Origin: Acidimicrobiia bacterium
Lineage (GTDB): Bacteria > Actinomycetota > Acidimicrobiia > Spongiisociales > JAHEDJ01
Reading direction: 5' to 3'
DNA: 64,000 nucleotides
Assembly: GCA_029210695.1 (NCBI GenBank)
Contig: JARGFH010000004.1
Coordinates: 1-64,000 of the forward strand
The notes beneath the pieces are model-generated. The model was not told where the DNA came from and ran no database searches. It saw only the letters and a list, made by a program, of their open reading frames with translations. Positions 63,162 to 64,000 of the stretch are shown here, one piece after another; the first letter of the stretch is position 1, and every line of letters starts with the position of its first letter. Made by a program: the position numbers and the translations under genes.

Positions 63162-64000
63162 TCAGATCAGCCGGGTTCCGTAGGCCGGGCCGGTTCCGTC
63201 GCGCCTGGCGACGGCTGCGGGGAGCCCTCGCTCCAGCATCACTTCGCAGATGCGAGCCCGGTATTCCTTGGTGGCCCGCATGTCGGTGATGGGGGAGATC
63301 GCGCCGGGGACCAGGCCGACCGCTGCCGCGATCAGCTCATCGGTGAGTTCTCTCCCGTTGAGCGTCTCTTCGACGGCGTGGGCGCGGGCCGGGATCGGCC
63401 CGACTGCTCCGAACGCCACACGGAAGTCGTTGTCTCCCGTCACCAGGACGGTGACGCCGGCCTGTGATAGATCCTCACCCTGATACCGCTGCAGTTTGAG
63501 GTAGATCGCACCGTGCGGAGGCGGGGGAATCGGGATGGATAGGCCAGTCACGATCTCTCCTCCGGCCAGTGCCGTCTTGTGCGGACCAAGGAACCACTCT
63601 TCGATCGGGACGGTCCGGGCCCCGGCCGGTCCCAGCACCGCCACGGAGGTGTCCAGCACTAGAAGCGTAGGACCGGCGTCACAGGACGGGACGGCCGAAC
63701 AGATGTTGCCGATGACGGTGGCCCGGTTGCGAATGCCGGGGGAGGCGACGGTGTCTGCCATCTCGAAGAGGATGGGGAGGTGGTCGTGAACGAGATCGGA
63801 GGTGAGGAGATCAGAGAATGTGACGAGGGGGCCGAGGAAGATGTGGTCGCCTTCGAGCGAGATTGTGTTGAGTCCGTCGATGGCCTTGATGTCGACGACG
63901 AGATCCGGGTGGATGGCATCGTCACGCAGCCATGGGACGAGATCGGTTCCGCCGGCGAGTATTCGGGCATCGGGTCCGGCGCGGGTGATGGCCTCGACCG
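63162..64000 (-). CDS. Mo-hydroxylase FAD-binding medium subunit, 5' end beyond the window
   Basis: Open frame from the right edge: ILAGGTDL, IRNRAT.IGN, PITDMRAT.EYR. Confidence 0.92.
   Translation of the reverse strand, partial: VEAITRAGPDARILAGGTDLVPWLRDDAIHPDLVVDIKAIDGLNTISLEGDHIFLGPLVTFSDLLTSDLVHDHLPILFEMADTVASPGIRNRATVIGNICSAVPSCDAGPTLLVLDTSVAVLGPAGARTVPIEEWFLGPHKTALAGGEIVTGLSIPIPPPPHGAIYLKLQRYQGEDLSQAGVTVLVTGDNDFRVAFGAVGPIPARAHAVEETLNGRELTDELIAAAVGLVPGAISPITDMRATKEYRARICEVMLERGLPAAVARRDGTGPAYGTRLI

Overview
GC-rich bacterial chromosomal segment, most likely an actinomycete of the Acidimicrobiia type (inferred from leaderless TANNNT-N6/7-ATG starts, a Thr-rich LAACG lipoprotein and gene content; not verified). 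From left to right: (1) a tyrosine-recombinase gene disrupted by a 64-bp IS3-family end remnant, and a vapBC toxin-antitoxin pair; (2) a compact ~15-kb NRPS cluster (PPTase, ABC exporter, three synthetases) with an oxalate-CoA-ligase-like starter didomain and a permuted A-dock-dock-C-T module, which is the strongest candidate for an undescribed system; (3) antiporter, exported 5'-nucleotidase, adenine/adenosine deaminase, two OmpR-type two-component systems with 11-bp-period upstream repeats, a doubly frameshifted Ntn-hydrolase and an ABC-2 transporter; (4) a nitrate respiration block (narK-narK <- -> Rrf2, diheme cytochrome c, narGHJI) bracketed by two near-identical 57-58 bp palindromes; (5) lipid genes (DegV, plsY); (6) a cyclic-nucleotide/redox signalling group (REC-TrxR fusion, cNMP-kinase, MBL hydrolase, cNMP-patatin); (7) a Mo-hydroxylase + GNAT-like + Cys-less thiolase + DUF35 operon that runs off the right edge. 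No rRNA, tRNA or CRISPR array was recognised. All calls come from reading motifs by eye; no database search was run. Several starts were moved from the ORF track to the more plausible downstream codon.
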